A DNA stretch of 64,000 bases from positions 27,840,001-27,904,000 of the forward strand of contig NC_086108.1 in NCBI RefSeq assembly GCF_963921235.1, written 5' to 3'. Below are positions 53,087 through 64,000 of the stretch, in pieces. Below the pieces are notes generated by a model. It was not told where the DNA came from, made no database searches, and saw nothing but the letters and a program-made list of their open reading frames with translations. Every line of letters starts with the position of its first letter. The stretch's first letter is position 1. The stretch is from Mobula hypostoma (Eukaryota). The position numbers and the translations under genes are program-made.

Positions 53087-53158
53087 GATTCATTATGTCA
53101 CACGCATAAAAGTTGCTGGTGAACGCAGCAGGCCAGGCAGCATTTCTAGGAAGAGGTA

Positions 53159-53200
53159 CAGTCGACATTTCGAGCCAAGACCCTTCACCAGGACTAACTG
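53159..53200 (-). ncRNA. Degenerate minimal hammerhead ribozyme in Penelope pLTR
   Basis: Minus strand CAGTTAGTC-CTGGTGA-AGGGTCTTGGCTC-GAAA-TGTCGACTG. Confidence 0.6.
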
Positions 53201-54981
53201 AAAAAAGAGCAAGTAAGAGATTTGAAAGTGGGAGGGGGAGGGAGAGATCTGAAATAATAGGAGAAGACAGGAGGGGGAGGGACGGAGCCAAGAGCTGGAC
53301 AGTTGATAGGCAAAAGGGATATGAGAGGATCATGGGACAGGAGGCCTAGGGAGAAAGAAAAGGGGGAGGGGGGAAGCCCAGAGGCTAGGCAAGGGGCAGA
53401 GGGAGAAAAATGAGAGAGAGAAAAAGTATGTGTGTATATAAATAAATAAATACCAGATGGGGAACGAGGGGGAGGTGGGGCATTAGCGGAAGTTTGAGAA
53501 GTCAATGTTCATGCCATCAGGTTGGAGGCTACCCAGACGGAATATAATGTGTTGTTCCTCCAGCCTGAGTGTGGCTTCATCTTGACAGTACAGGAGGCCG
53601 TGGATAGACATATCAGAATGGGAACGGGACGTGGAATTAAAATGTATGGCCACTGGGAGATCCTACTTTCTCTGGCGGACAGAGCGTAGGTGTTCAGCGA
53701 AACGGTCTCCCAATATATAGAAGGCCGCATTGGGAGCACCGGACGCAGTATATCACCCCAGCCGACTCACAGGTGCAGTGTCGCCTCACGTGGAAGGACT
53801 GTCTGGGGCCCTGAATGGTGGTGAGGGAGGAAGTGTAAGGGCATGTGTAGCACTTGTTCCGCTTAAAAGGATGTGCCAGGAGGGACATCGGTGGGGAGGG
53901 ATGGGGGGGACGAATGGACAAGGGAGTTGCGCAGGTAGCAATCCCTGCGGAAAGCGGGGTGGAGGGAGGGAAAGATGTGGTTAGTGGTGGGATCCCATTG
54001 GAGGTGGCGGAAATTACAGAGAATTATATGTTGGACCCGGAGGCTGGTGGGGTGATAGGTGAGGACAAGGGGAACCCTATTCTTAGTGGGGTGGTGGGAG
54101 GATGGAGTGAGAGCAGATGTGTGTGAAATGGGGGAGATGAATTTGAGAGCAGAGTTGATGGTGGAGGAAGGGAAGCCCCTTTCTTTATAAAAGGAGGACA
54201 TCCCCTTCATCCTGGAATGAAAAGCCTCATCCTGAGAGCAGATGTGGTGGAGACGGAGGAATTGCGAGTTGGCAGTTTTGTAAGAGACAGGGTGAGAAGA
54301 AGAATAGTCCAGATAGCTGTGAGAGTCAGTAGGCTTATAGTAGACATCGGTAGATAAGCTGTCTCCAGAGATAGAGACAGAAAGATCCAGAAAGGGGAGG
54401 GAGGTGTCGGAAATGGACCAGGTAAACTTGAGGGCAGGGTGAAAGTTGGAGGCAAAGTTAATGAAGCCAAAGAGCTCAGCATGTGTGCAGGAAGCAGCAC
54501 CAATGCAGTCGTCGATGCAGCAAAGGAAAAGTGGGGCACAGATACCAGAAGAGGTTTGGAACATAGATTGTTGCACAAAGCCAACAAAAAGGCAGGCATA
54601 GCTGGGACCCATACGGGTGCCCATGGCTACAGCTTTAGTTTGGAGGAAGTGGGAGGAGCCAAAGGAGAAATTATTAAGAGTAAGGACTAATTCCGCTAGA
54701 CGGAGCAGAGTGGTGGTAGAGGGGAACTAGTTAGGTTTCTTTTTCTCTCTCTCCTTTTTCTCCCTCTGTCTCTTTCCCTATACCCCTTGCCCATCCTCTG
54801 GGCTTCACCCCCCGTCCCCTTTTTCTTTCTCCTTAGGCCTCCTGTCCCATGATCCTCTCATATCCCTTTTGCCAATCACCTGACCAGCTCTTGGCTCCAT
54901 CTCTCCCCCTCCTGTCTTCTCCTATCATTTCGGATCTCCCCCTCCCCCTCCCACTTTCAAATCCCTTACTAGCTCTTCTTT

Positions 54982-55023
54982 CAGTTAGTCCTGACAAAGG
55001 GTCTCGGCCCAAAACGTTGACTG
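54982..55023 (+). ncRNA. Degenerate minimal hammerhead ribozyme in the inverted Penelope pLTR
   Basis: CAGTTAGTC-CTGACAA-AGGGTCTCGGCCC-AAAA-CGTTGACTG. Confidence 0.6.
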
Positions 55024-55824
55024 TACCTCTTCTTAGAGATGCTGTCTGGCCTGTTGCGTTCACCAGCAACTTTTATGTATGTTGCTTGAAATTCCAGCAT
55101 CTGCAGATTTCCTCATGTTAGCGAGATTCATTATGTCATCATATTTAATCTTAAAACAAATGTACATAACTAATTAATTTAAATCTTAATGTTATACAAT
55201 CATTTTCAACCTGGGTAAATGTGTATCATTGATAAGTTGCACCAGTCAAGGGAAGATACTGCAGAGTGTTCATACTGGTGAAGAACTTTGAACTCATTGG
55301 TCCAAATGGCCTACATGTGCGTTTATAAAGAAATAAGAAAATATAATCTGTTTTGAGCTTCTACTCACATTATTGCTGCTCGCTGATTACAATTAATAGT
55401 TGCTATGTGGAGCTCACTTATATAAAACCCTTTTCTTACTACAGTCTCTTGATAAATAGATAGGCTGCTTGAAAACCTGACCGAAACAAGCCATTTTAAT
55501 GCAACATTAATTGCAGGCTTGTTACATCTCAATTTGTTAATGTAGAGTCTTTTTTATCTTCAACAGAAATGCCTAATTCACTGTAAACCAAAATGTGAGC
55601 AATAATGACAAGCTTAAAGTTAAAAGGATATCATGAAGTATTTGCTTCTTAAAACTAGTGTTTCTGTGAATCTATTAATATTAATGTCACTAAAATTTAC
55701 AAGATAATATAAAGGAAATTTATGCATGAATTACCTATATATATATAATGTGATGTACATATTTATGAAGGAAATATATGACATATCTGCTCCCATCCCC
55801 AATGTTAGACTACAGAATAATCAT

Positions 55825-58818
55825 TAGAACCATAGAACCATAGAACATTACAGCACAGAAACAGGCCTTTTGGCCCTTCTTGGCTGTGCCGAACCATTTT
55901 TCTGCCTAGTCCCATTGACCTGAGCCTGGACCATAGCCCTCCATACACCTCCCATCCATGTACCTGTCCAAGTTTTTCTTAAATGTTAAAAGTGAGCCCG
56001 CATTTACCACTTCATCTGGCAGCTCATTCCACACTCCCACCACCCTCTGTGTGAAGAAGAACCCCCTAATGTTCCCTTTAAACTTTTCCCCCTTCACCCT
56101 TAACCCATGTCCTCTGTTTTTTTTCTCCCCTAGCTTCAGTAGAAAAAGCCAGCTTGCATTCACTCTATCTATATCCATCATAATTTTATATACCTCTATC
56201 AAATCTCCCCTCATTCTTCTACGCTCCAGGGAATGAAGACCTAACCTATTCAACCTTTCTCTGTAACCCTGTTTCTCAAGTCCCAGCAACATCCTTGTAA
56301 ACCTTCTCTGCACTCTTTCAACCTTATTAATATCCTTCCTGTAATTTGGTGACCAAAACTGCACGCAGTATGCCAAATTCGGCCTCACCAATGCCTTATA
56401 TAACCTCACCATAACATTCCTACTCTTACACTCAATACTTTAATTTATAAAGGCCAATGTACCAAAAGCTTTCTTTACGACCCTATCTACCTGTGACGCC
56501 ACTTTTAGGGAATTTTGTATCTGTATTCACAGATCCCTCTTTTCTACTGCACTCCTCAGTGCCCTACCATTTACCTTGTACGCTCTACCTTGGTTTGTCC
56601 TTCCAAAGTGCAATACCTCACACTCCATCTGCCATTTTTCAGCCCATTTTTCCAGCTGGTCCAAATCCCTCTGCAAGCTCTGAAAACCTTCCTCACTGTC
56701 CACTACACCTCCAATCTTTGTAGCATCAGCAAATTTGCTGATCCAATTTACCACATTATCATCCAGATCATTGATATAGATGACAAATAACAATGGACCC
56801 AGCACTGAGCCCTGCGGCACACCACTATTCACAGGCCTCCACTCAGAGAAGCAATCCTCCACTACCACTCTCTGGTTTCTTCCATTGAGCCAATGTCTAA
56901 TCCAATTTACTACCTCTCCATGTATAGCTAGCGACTGAATCTTCCTAACTAACCTCCCATATGGGACCTTGTCAAAGGCCTTACTGAAGTTCATGTAGAC
57001 AACATCTACTGCCTTCCCTTCATCCACTTTCCTGGTAACCTCCTCGGAAAGCTCTAATAGATTGGTTAAACATGACCTACCACGCACAAAGCCATGTTGA
57101 CTCTCCCTAATAAGTCCCTGTCTATCCAAATATTTGTAGATTCTATCTCTTAGTACTCCTTCCAATAATTTACCTACGACTGATGTCAAACTTACTGGCC
57201 TATAATTTCCCGGATTACTTTTAGAGCCTTTTTTAAACAATGGAACAACATGAGCTATCCTCCAATCCTCCGGCACCTCACCCGTAGATATCGACATTTT
57301 AAATATATTTGCCAGAGCCCCTGCAATTTCAACATTAGTCTCCTTCAAGGTCCTAGAGAATACCCTGTCAGGTCCTGGGGATTTATCTACTCTGATTTGC
57401 CTCAAGATAGCAAGCACCTCCTCCTCTTCAATCTGTATAAGTTTCATGACCTCACTACTTGTTTGCCTTATTTCCATAGAAACCATGCCAGTTTCCTTCA
57501 TAAATACAGATGCAAAAAAAACCCATTTAAGATCTCCCCCATTTCTTTTGGTTCCATACATAGTTGACCATTCTGATGTTCAAGAGGACCAATTTTATCC
57601 CTTACTATCCTTTTGCTCTTTATATACCTGTAGAAGCTCTTTGGATTATCCTTCACCCTGACTGCCAAAGCAACCTCATGTCTTCTTTTAACCCTCCTGA
57701 TTTTTTTTAAGTATTTTTTTGCACTTTTTATACTCCTCAAGCACCTTATTTGCTCCCTGTTCCCTATACATGTCACACATCTCTCTTTTCTTCTTTACCA
57801 GAGTTCCAATATCCCTTGAGAACAAAGGTTCCTTATTCTTACTCACTTTGCCTTTAATCCTGATGGGAACATACAAACTCTGCACTCTCAAAATTTCTCC
57901 TTTGAAGGCCTCCCACTTAGCAATCACATCCTTGCCAGAGAACAACCTGTCCCAATCCATGCTTTTTAGATCCTTTCTCATTTCTTCAGATTTGGCCTTC
58001 TTCCAGTTAAGAACCTCAACCCTAGGACCAGATCTATCTTTATCCATGATCAAGTTGAAACTAATGATCACTGGAACCAAAGTGCTCCCCTACACACACT
58101 TCCGTCACTTGTCCTAACTCATTTCCTAATAGGAGATCTAATATTGCATCTCCTCTAGTTGGTACCTCTATATATTGATTTAGAAAACTTTCCTGAACAC
58201 ATTTTACAAACTCTAACCCGTCTAGACCTTTAACAGTATGGGAGTCCCAATCAATATGTGATAAATTAAAATCCCCTACTATCACAACTTTATGTTTCCT
58301 GCAGTTGCCTGCTGTCTCTCTGCAGATTTGCTCCTCCAATTCTTGCTGACTATTGGGTGGTCTATAATACCACCCCATTAATGTGGTCATACCTTTCCTG
58401 TTTCTCAGCTCCACCCATATGGCCTCGGTAGACAAGCCCTCTAATCTGTCCTGCCTGAGCACCGCTGTTACATTTTCCCTGACTAGCAATGCCGCCGCCC
58501 CCACACCACCCCCCGCCCCCCCCACCCTTCATTCCTCTGCCTCTATCACATCTGAAACATCAGAACCCTGGAACATTAAGCTGCCAGTCCTGCCCCTCCT
58601 GTAGCCAAGTTTCACTAATGGCTATAATGTCGTAATTCCATGTGTCAATCCACGCTCACAGCTCGTCTGCCTTCCCCACAATACTCCTTGCATTGAAATA
58701 GACACCTCAGAATATTATTACCACCACACACAACCCTTCTATTTGTGACTTTGCGTGAACTTTTAACATCATTTATTTTCACCCCCACTCCACTATCTGC
58801 TCTGGCACTCTGGTTCCA
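55825..58818 (-). mobile_element. CR1 LINE with nearly complete ORF2 (APE + RT), frameshifted
   Basis: YRPPN, GDFN, ILDLLL, SDH; KSPGPD, NYRPVSLTS, SGVPQGSVLGP, FADA; (TTCTATGG)n tail at 55825-55846. Confidence 0.93.
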
Positions 58819-59439
58819 GAATACAACCCATCCACTAAACATTCAGAATGCTGATAACCTCATGCTTTCTCTCTATTAACATATCTTTCATATGCTAAGC
58901 AGCTCGAAGTCTTGCAGCAGGTCAAATGAAGGGGGATCCTCTGCCAAACAATTTTCAGAGGTATTTTTAGACCGAGTATAAAGATAGTTGAGGACAAACT
59001 TGGACAACTTGGAGGGAATTGCTGTGTTTTGTAAATCCAGAATATAAAACTAATCGAAAGAAAAACAGAGAGCCAGGGATAACTCATGTACGTTCAGATT
59101 TTACTTTAGTGAGATGCACACATAAGCAATGATAGTGTAATGATGTAGGTTATTCACGTATTTTTACATACTGTATAAGCCATAATTAATTTTGTAAACA
59201 AACAAAGAAAGCTTAATCAATATATTTACAATACTACTGAAATATTAAATACACAAGATGGAAGATAGAGTTGATCACCAGTATAGAATTACTCAGGGAG
59301 CAATATTTCAAGCTAAATAAAAGCTTACAATGTAACTGCAGAAAGAGCCTTTCACCTCCACAGAGTCAGAGTGAACTATATGTTACAGTTATGGGATTAA
59401 GATAAATAAGGATATTATTATGGAAGTTGAACAATGTCA

Positions 59440-60092
59440 CAATAACAACCACAAGCACAAAATGCCAACAAAACAAAGAAACTAATTGTTGACTTCAGAA
59501 AAGGAAATTTGGAAGGCTGTGTGCCAGTTCTCATTGGTGGGTCAGAAGTGGAGAAAGTGAGCAGCTTCAAATTCCTGAACGTTAACATCTCTGATAGCCT
59601 GTCCTGAGCCCAGCAAAAGATTCAATCATGAAGAAGGTAGGCCAGTGCTTTTACCTTTTAAGAAGCTTAAGGAGAACTGGGATGTCACCATGTACTCTAA
59701 CAAATTTCTATAGGTTCACTGTTGAAAGTATCCTTATTGGTTGCACCATATCCTGGTACAGAAATTCCAATGAACAGGGACAAGAAGCTGTGGCGAGCAG
59801 TGGTCACAGCCTGGTCCATCATGGGCACAGCCCTCCCCATCACTGAAAGCCTCTACAGGAGGTACTACCTCAAGAGGACAGAATCTGTCATCAAGGATCC
59901 CTAAGGTCTGGGTCATGCCCACTTCTTGCTGTTACTGTCAGGCAGGCGATACAGACATTTTTTTTTGCACTACTTTGCACAGACTTCTATTCTTCACTGT
60001 ATAATTTATGTTTTGTGTGTTTGTGATTCTGTTGCAAGCAAGTATTTCATTTTAACTATACCTCGCTCTACTTGTGCACATAAAAATAAACT
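59440..60092 (+). mobile_element. Rex1/Babar 3' fragment
   Basis: TKKLIVDFRK, LTNFYRFTVESILIGC, IKDP, LLLSGRRYR; AATAAA tail. Confidence 0.8.
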
Positions 60093-60269
60093 TAATGTTC
60101 AACGACTTGTAGTAATTTACATACTTAAAGTTTAAGTAGTTTTTTATCCTGCTTCATTATGTATAACTTGTATTCATTTTATTATAGCACTTACTCAATT
60201 TCAATACATTTTCCTCAAAGTTTTCAGCTGGGCTTCTCCATGAGCTTTGACTAGTTTTTACTCCAATAT

Positions 60270-60482
60270 TGTAGGGACCCCTTAATTTCATTAGGGAGAG
60301 TACACCCAGATTGTTAAGGGTTAAGTCCACTGTGCATGTTGCATGTTACATTATATGTTGTTACATTTTGGGAGCAGGGTTTTTATATGTATATATATAT
60401 ATGACGTTGCCATTTGCTTGCTTTGGAATAAAGTGTACATTAGAAGTAATTACACTCGTGTCCATTTTTGTTGACACCTACA
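60270..60482 (+). mobile_element. Short solo LTR (213 bp)
   Basis: TGTAGG...CCTACA inverted termini; 4-bp TSD ATAT (60266-60269, 60483-60486); TATA-like run and AATAAA. Confidence 0.75.
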
Positions 60483-62214
60483 ATATTATAGATACAGGCT
60501 AAGCGCTAAGATTAGGTGTAAGAGAAAACATCCTACACATGGTCATTTGAATAATCAACCCTATTTTCAATTACAGGAGCATATTGGAAATCATTTTGTT
60601 TCTGTAGTTGTGCAGATAAAGTTACAAACTTCCAATTAATTGATAAATTATTTCAATAGTACAAATTGTTCATTAAACTCACAGATTCTGCTTTTGTGTT
60701 AAATCTGATAAACAACCAGTCTTCCCAATTAATTTGGAACAATATAAAAAGATGCTGAAAACAATCAACAGACCAACTGTGGAGAGAAAAACAGTGTCAA
60801 TGTTTTGGGTTTTATTGTGGATTTTTGTTTTTACACATTTTTTTTTGTTTGTTCTTGCTCCCTCTCTTCAGCCCTTGGGGTCTTCCCGGAACCCCAAACA
60901 TCCAAACTCTTTTCTCTCAGATGTAGACAGCTGCCTCCCAGTAGCTAGTTAGTGTGTATATATATTTTTAATGGAGAATCAGTCTCAGAGAAGTGGGAAG
61001 ACCTTAGAGAGCATATTATGTAGTCCCACCAACCCCCAAGATTCATTGAGCTCTCAGTCTTCTAAACAGCCTGTTGGTTGGGGATATTTTTTAAATGATT
61101 CAAATAGAATTTAAAAATGTATTCTTTTAAAAAACCTAAAATGGTAAAAGAAAATTTTGATTGAAAGGACATTAGAAGCTAACAATTAAAAATACTAAAA
61201 TGAACTTAAATAACTTAATTACCTACATTGACCTTTTTCTTCAGGATCAAAGATTTCATTTAGACTTCAACTGCTGCATACGTTGCACCAGTGTTCAAAT
61301 CTTCCCAGTTTATAGTATCTTCTATAGAATATACCGTTTAAGAAGATGTGTACTAGTTTTTACGGTGATGCTGAAATTTGAAACATTTTTTAAAAATAAT
61401 GGCAAGAAACCTTTTCAAGTAAGAAAACAATCATATAGTTGAAGTAATAACATTACTTAACATCTGGAGATCTGGAGCTGATTGACCCTTCTGCTGAATT
61501 GGCTGTTTGACACATTCACTAATAACAGTGTGTCAGGTTTTGGCCAAAATCTCAGGTGGTATGTCACTGGGGACAATGCATTTGAAGTACTTCAGTGCCA
61601 AGCAGTACCACCATGGAAGATAGTTGTGAATACAGTGTGTTGTATTCCCTGTCCCAAGCTAGCTCGCTACTCAATATTTCATCTCACTTCCTGCTGTCAG
61701 ATGTTTAATTAATGAATTCATTAATAGCAGCATTTATAATGTTACCAACTAACTAGTAGCAATTTTCAGCAATAATTTTTCATTTTTCTATAGAATAAAA
61801 AATCTTAACTTTGCAGTTTTCACTTAGACTTGGTAGGCAGTGAGATGAGTAAACACTCTGGGATGATACCTTAGTGTTTGCTGATCCTCAGCTTCCATCT
61901 ATCATATTAAACAAGGGCCATGGAAATAAATCAGATGTCTGTCTGCAAGTCTCAAGTACTCCATAAGATAATATCTATTTAGACACTCAGAGAACTGAGC
62001 TGAAATTTGTCTCTCCTATTTGCTGCATGAACTCCAGTCAGTGGGTTCTAAGCAGTCCTCAACTCCCAGACTTCAAAGACTCCCCATTTGTGCCTCTGTA
62101 TCTTTTTTGCTGACTTTTCCTGTCTTATTTGTCTGGGTCCTGGAGCTTTGGAATTGCCGGATCGTAGCACTGTTGAGGTTAGCTTTTTGCTTATTTCGTT
62201 CTGGGTATCACTGG

Positions 62215-62890
62215 TAAGACCTGCATTATTATTCATCTTTGTTTGCCCTTCAGAAGGGGAGGGTGAGCTACCTTCCTGATAACTCTTCTGCTGAAGTTTC
62301 TCCTCTAATACTGTTGGTTAGGGAACTCCAGGACACTGGTGTGCTCATGATTCAGGATCAGTGATATACAGTATTACCAAGTCAAAGGGAAAGTGGGGAA
62401 CTTACAGATGATGGTGTTCCCATTTATTTGCTGCTCTTGTTCATGTTGATGATAGAGATTGTGAGTTTAGGTGGTGCTGTTGGAGTAGCCTGGCTGAGTA
62501 AAGGCAATATATTTTGTAGATGATGCATTCTGCACTGTACACCGATGGTGAAGAGAATGAATGCTTAGTAAAATAGAAAGAGTGTCACTCAGTGGGGTTA
62601 CTTTGTCCTAGATGATATCGAGCACCTTGATGGTGTTTGGAGTTGAGCTCATCCAAGCAAGTGGGGAGTATTCCATCTTGCCCCTGACTTCTGCCTTGAA
62701 GATGATGGAAAGTCTTTTGGAGTGGCTCGATCTCTGGAATTTATCTGGCAGGTCCAGTACAGTTTCTCACCAATAGTGATCCCTAAGCTGTTGAGGCTGC
62801 AGCACTTGGTGACAGAGATGCTATTGTATGTCAAGGTAGGAGGTTTATTACTGAATGAATGGCAACCTTGTGGCATGAATAACACTTATC
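62215..62890 (-). mobile_element. Older copy of the CR1-group LINE seen at 39911-40548
   Basis: Colinear similarity, e.g. CTCATCCAAGCAAGTGGGGAGTATTCCAT versus 40387-40413. Confidence 0.65.
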
Positions 62891-63711
62891 ACTCAGAGTA
62901 TGTGTAGTCAGTATAGTTATCTAGTTATATGTAAATTAGTAGGAATATGATTTCAACTCTGTATAGAACTCCTTCCAAGGTCTCTACAAAGGCAAAAATT
63001 AGGTCATCCTGTCACAAAAGTTTGGGCATTCTGACTACATTAACACATGGTTCTACCTGATTCCTAAATTTTAGATGTATTGTGATTTATTTAACACATA
63101 TATTTTATACAAACAGCCACATCTTCTGTCCATTCAGACAGCACAGATTTATGATGATGTATAGCATCAGTACAGTGTACCAGTGTTGCTGGTACATGCA
63201 GTGTCAGTAAGAAAGCAGCCAAGCAGCAATGAATAATGAGGGCAAATAAATACATTCAAAAATCTATGAAAAGCAAATCTAACAGTATCCAGCCAACACA
63301 AGGAAACTTGTTGCAAAGTATAATTGAAACTCAAAGCAATCTTTCCAAAAATTCCACAATCCAGGCTTTTTTGTTTAGAGGCCCATCTCAGCAGGCCAGC
63401 AAACCAATTTTGCTTAGATATCATGGACTGACCATCACCCAAGAATTGCAGAGGTATCTAATGAAAAATAATACGATTTTTAATGAAGCTGAGTATCCTG
63501 TAGCAAGGGACTCACCTCCTGACATCCTAATTGTTTTCCCATTACCTGCAAGTTCCACAAATGTTGCAGTGTATGATATACTGATATTGCATATGTTATA
63601 AGTGTGAGGTTAGAAGCCTATGAATGTGATGTAGCTATAATATGATGCACAATATGTTAGTGATAGTGTTCTATAAATGTAATTTAGTGCATTATATAAA
63701 TATGATATGTG

Positions 63712-64000
63712 AACATAAGACTATAAGGTATAATTAAGCCATTTGGCCCATCGAATCTGCTCCACCATTTCATCATGGCTGATCCATTTGCTCTCTCTGC
63801 CACAATCTCCTGCCTTGTCCCCATATCCCTTCATGCCCTGTCTAATCAAGAATCTATCAACATCTGCCTTAAATATACCCAATGACTTCACCTCCACAGC
63901 CACCTGCGGCAATGAATTCCACAGATTCAGCACTATCTAATAAAGAAGTTACTCCTCATCTCCATTCTAAAAGGATGCCCTTCTATTCTGAGGCTGTGTC
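63712..64000 (-). mobile_element. CR1 LINE 3' end (runs off the window)
   Basis: NLWNSLPQVAVE...FKADVDRFL...KGYG; CR1-type 3' UTR. Confidence 0.85.

Larger units (their letters stand above)
53101..55123 (-). mobile_element. 5'-truncated Penelope-like element (RT C-terminus + GIY-YIG) with inverted pLTR
   Basis: MGTRMGPSYACLF, IDDC, LPFLD, YYKPTDSH; VIYCVRCSQCGLLYIG. Arms 53101-~53424 and ~54737-55082 are inverted repeats. (A)GATTCATTATGTCA is duplicated at 53086-53100 and 55124-55138. Confidence 0.92.

Noticed and set aside
55813..55819. CAGAATA on both sides of the 55825-58818 CR1 as a possible TSD
   Set aside because: The left copy is offset from the tail by several bases; a chance match is likely.
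63236..63601. 121-aa ORF in unique DNA (also 42363-42686)
   Set aside because: No recognisable domain or splice structure; length is compatible with chance.

Overview
This is eukaryotic, vertebrate-type DNA, most likely from a cartilaginous fish (shark or ray). That assignment is inferred from HE1/V-SINE-like SINEs and the mix of CR1, Rex1/Babar and Penelope repeats. The window is intronic or intergenic and dominated by transposable elements, many of them nested. It holds several Rex1/Babar LINEs (two near full length on +), several CR1 LINEs, one complete but decayed Gypsy LTR retrotransposon (46571-53086, 204-bp LTRs, GATTC TSD, tRNA-Ser-type PBS, PPT), at least four solo LTRs with TSDs, Penelope-like elements with hammerhead-ribozyme remnants, V-SINEs and three copies of a Tc1-type MITE. 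The only long uninterrupted ORF is a 5'-truncated CR1 reverse transcriptase inserted in sense just behind the Gypsy LTR/PBS. No host protein-coding gene could be identified; one weak exon candidate is noted. The most interesting observations are: (i) a YxxxxLL (eIF4E-binding-like) motif at the N-terminus of two divergent Rex1/Babar proteins; (ii) four non-coding retroposons that share the Rex1 AAGATGGC (YY1-like) head and Rex1-style tails; (iii) a composite MITE whose TIRs are themselves mini-MITE hairpins and which carries a LINE 3' tail; (iv) the LTR-fronted intact CR1 RT ORF. All calls were made by eye without database searches, so boundaries of old repeats are approximate.
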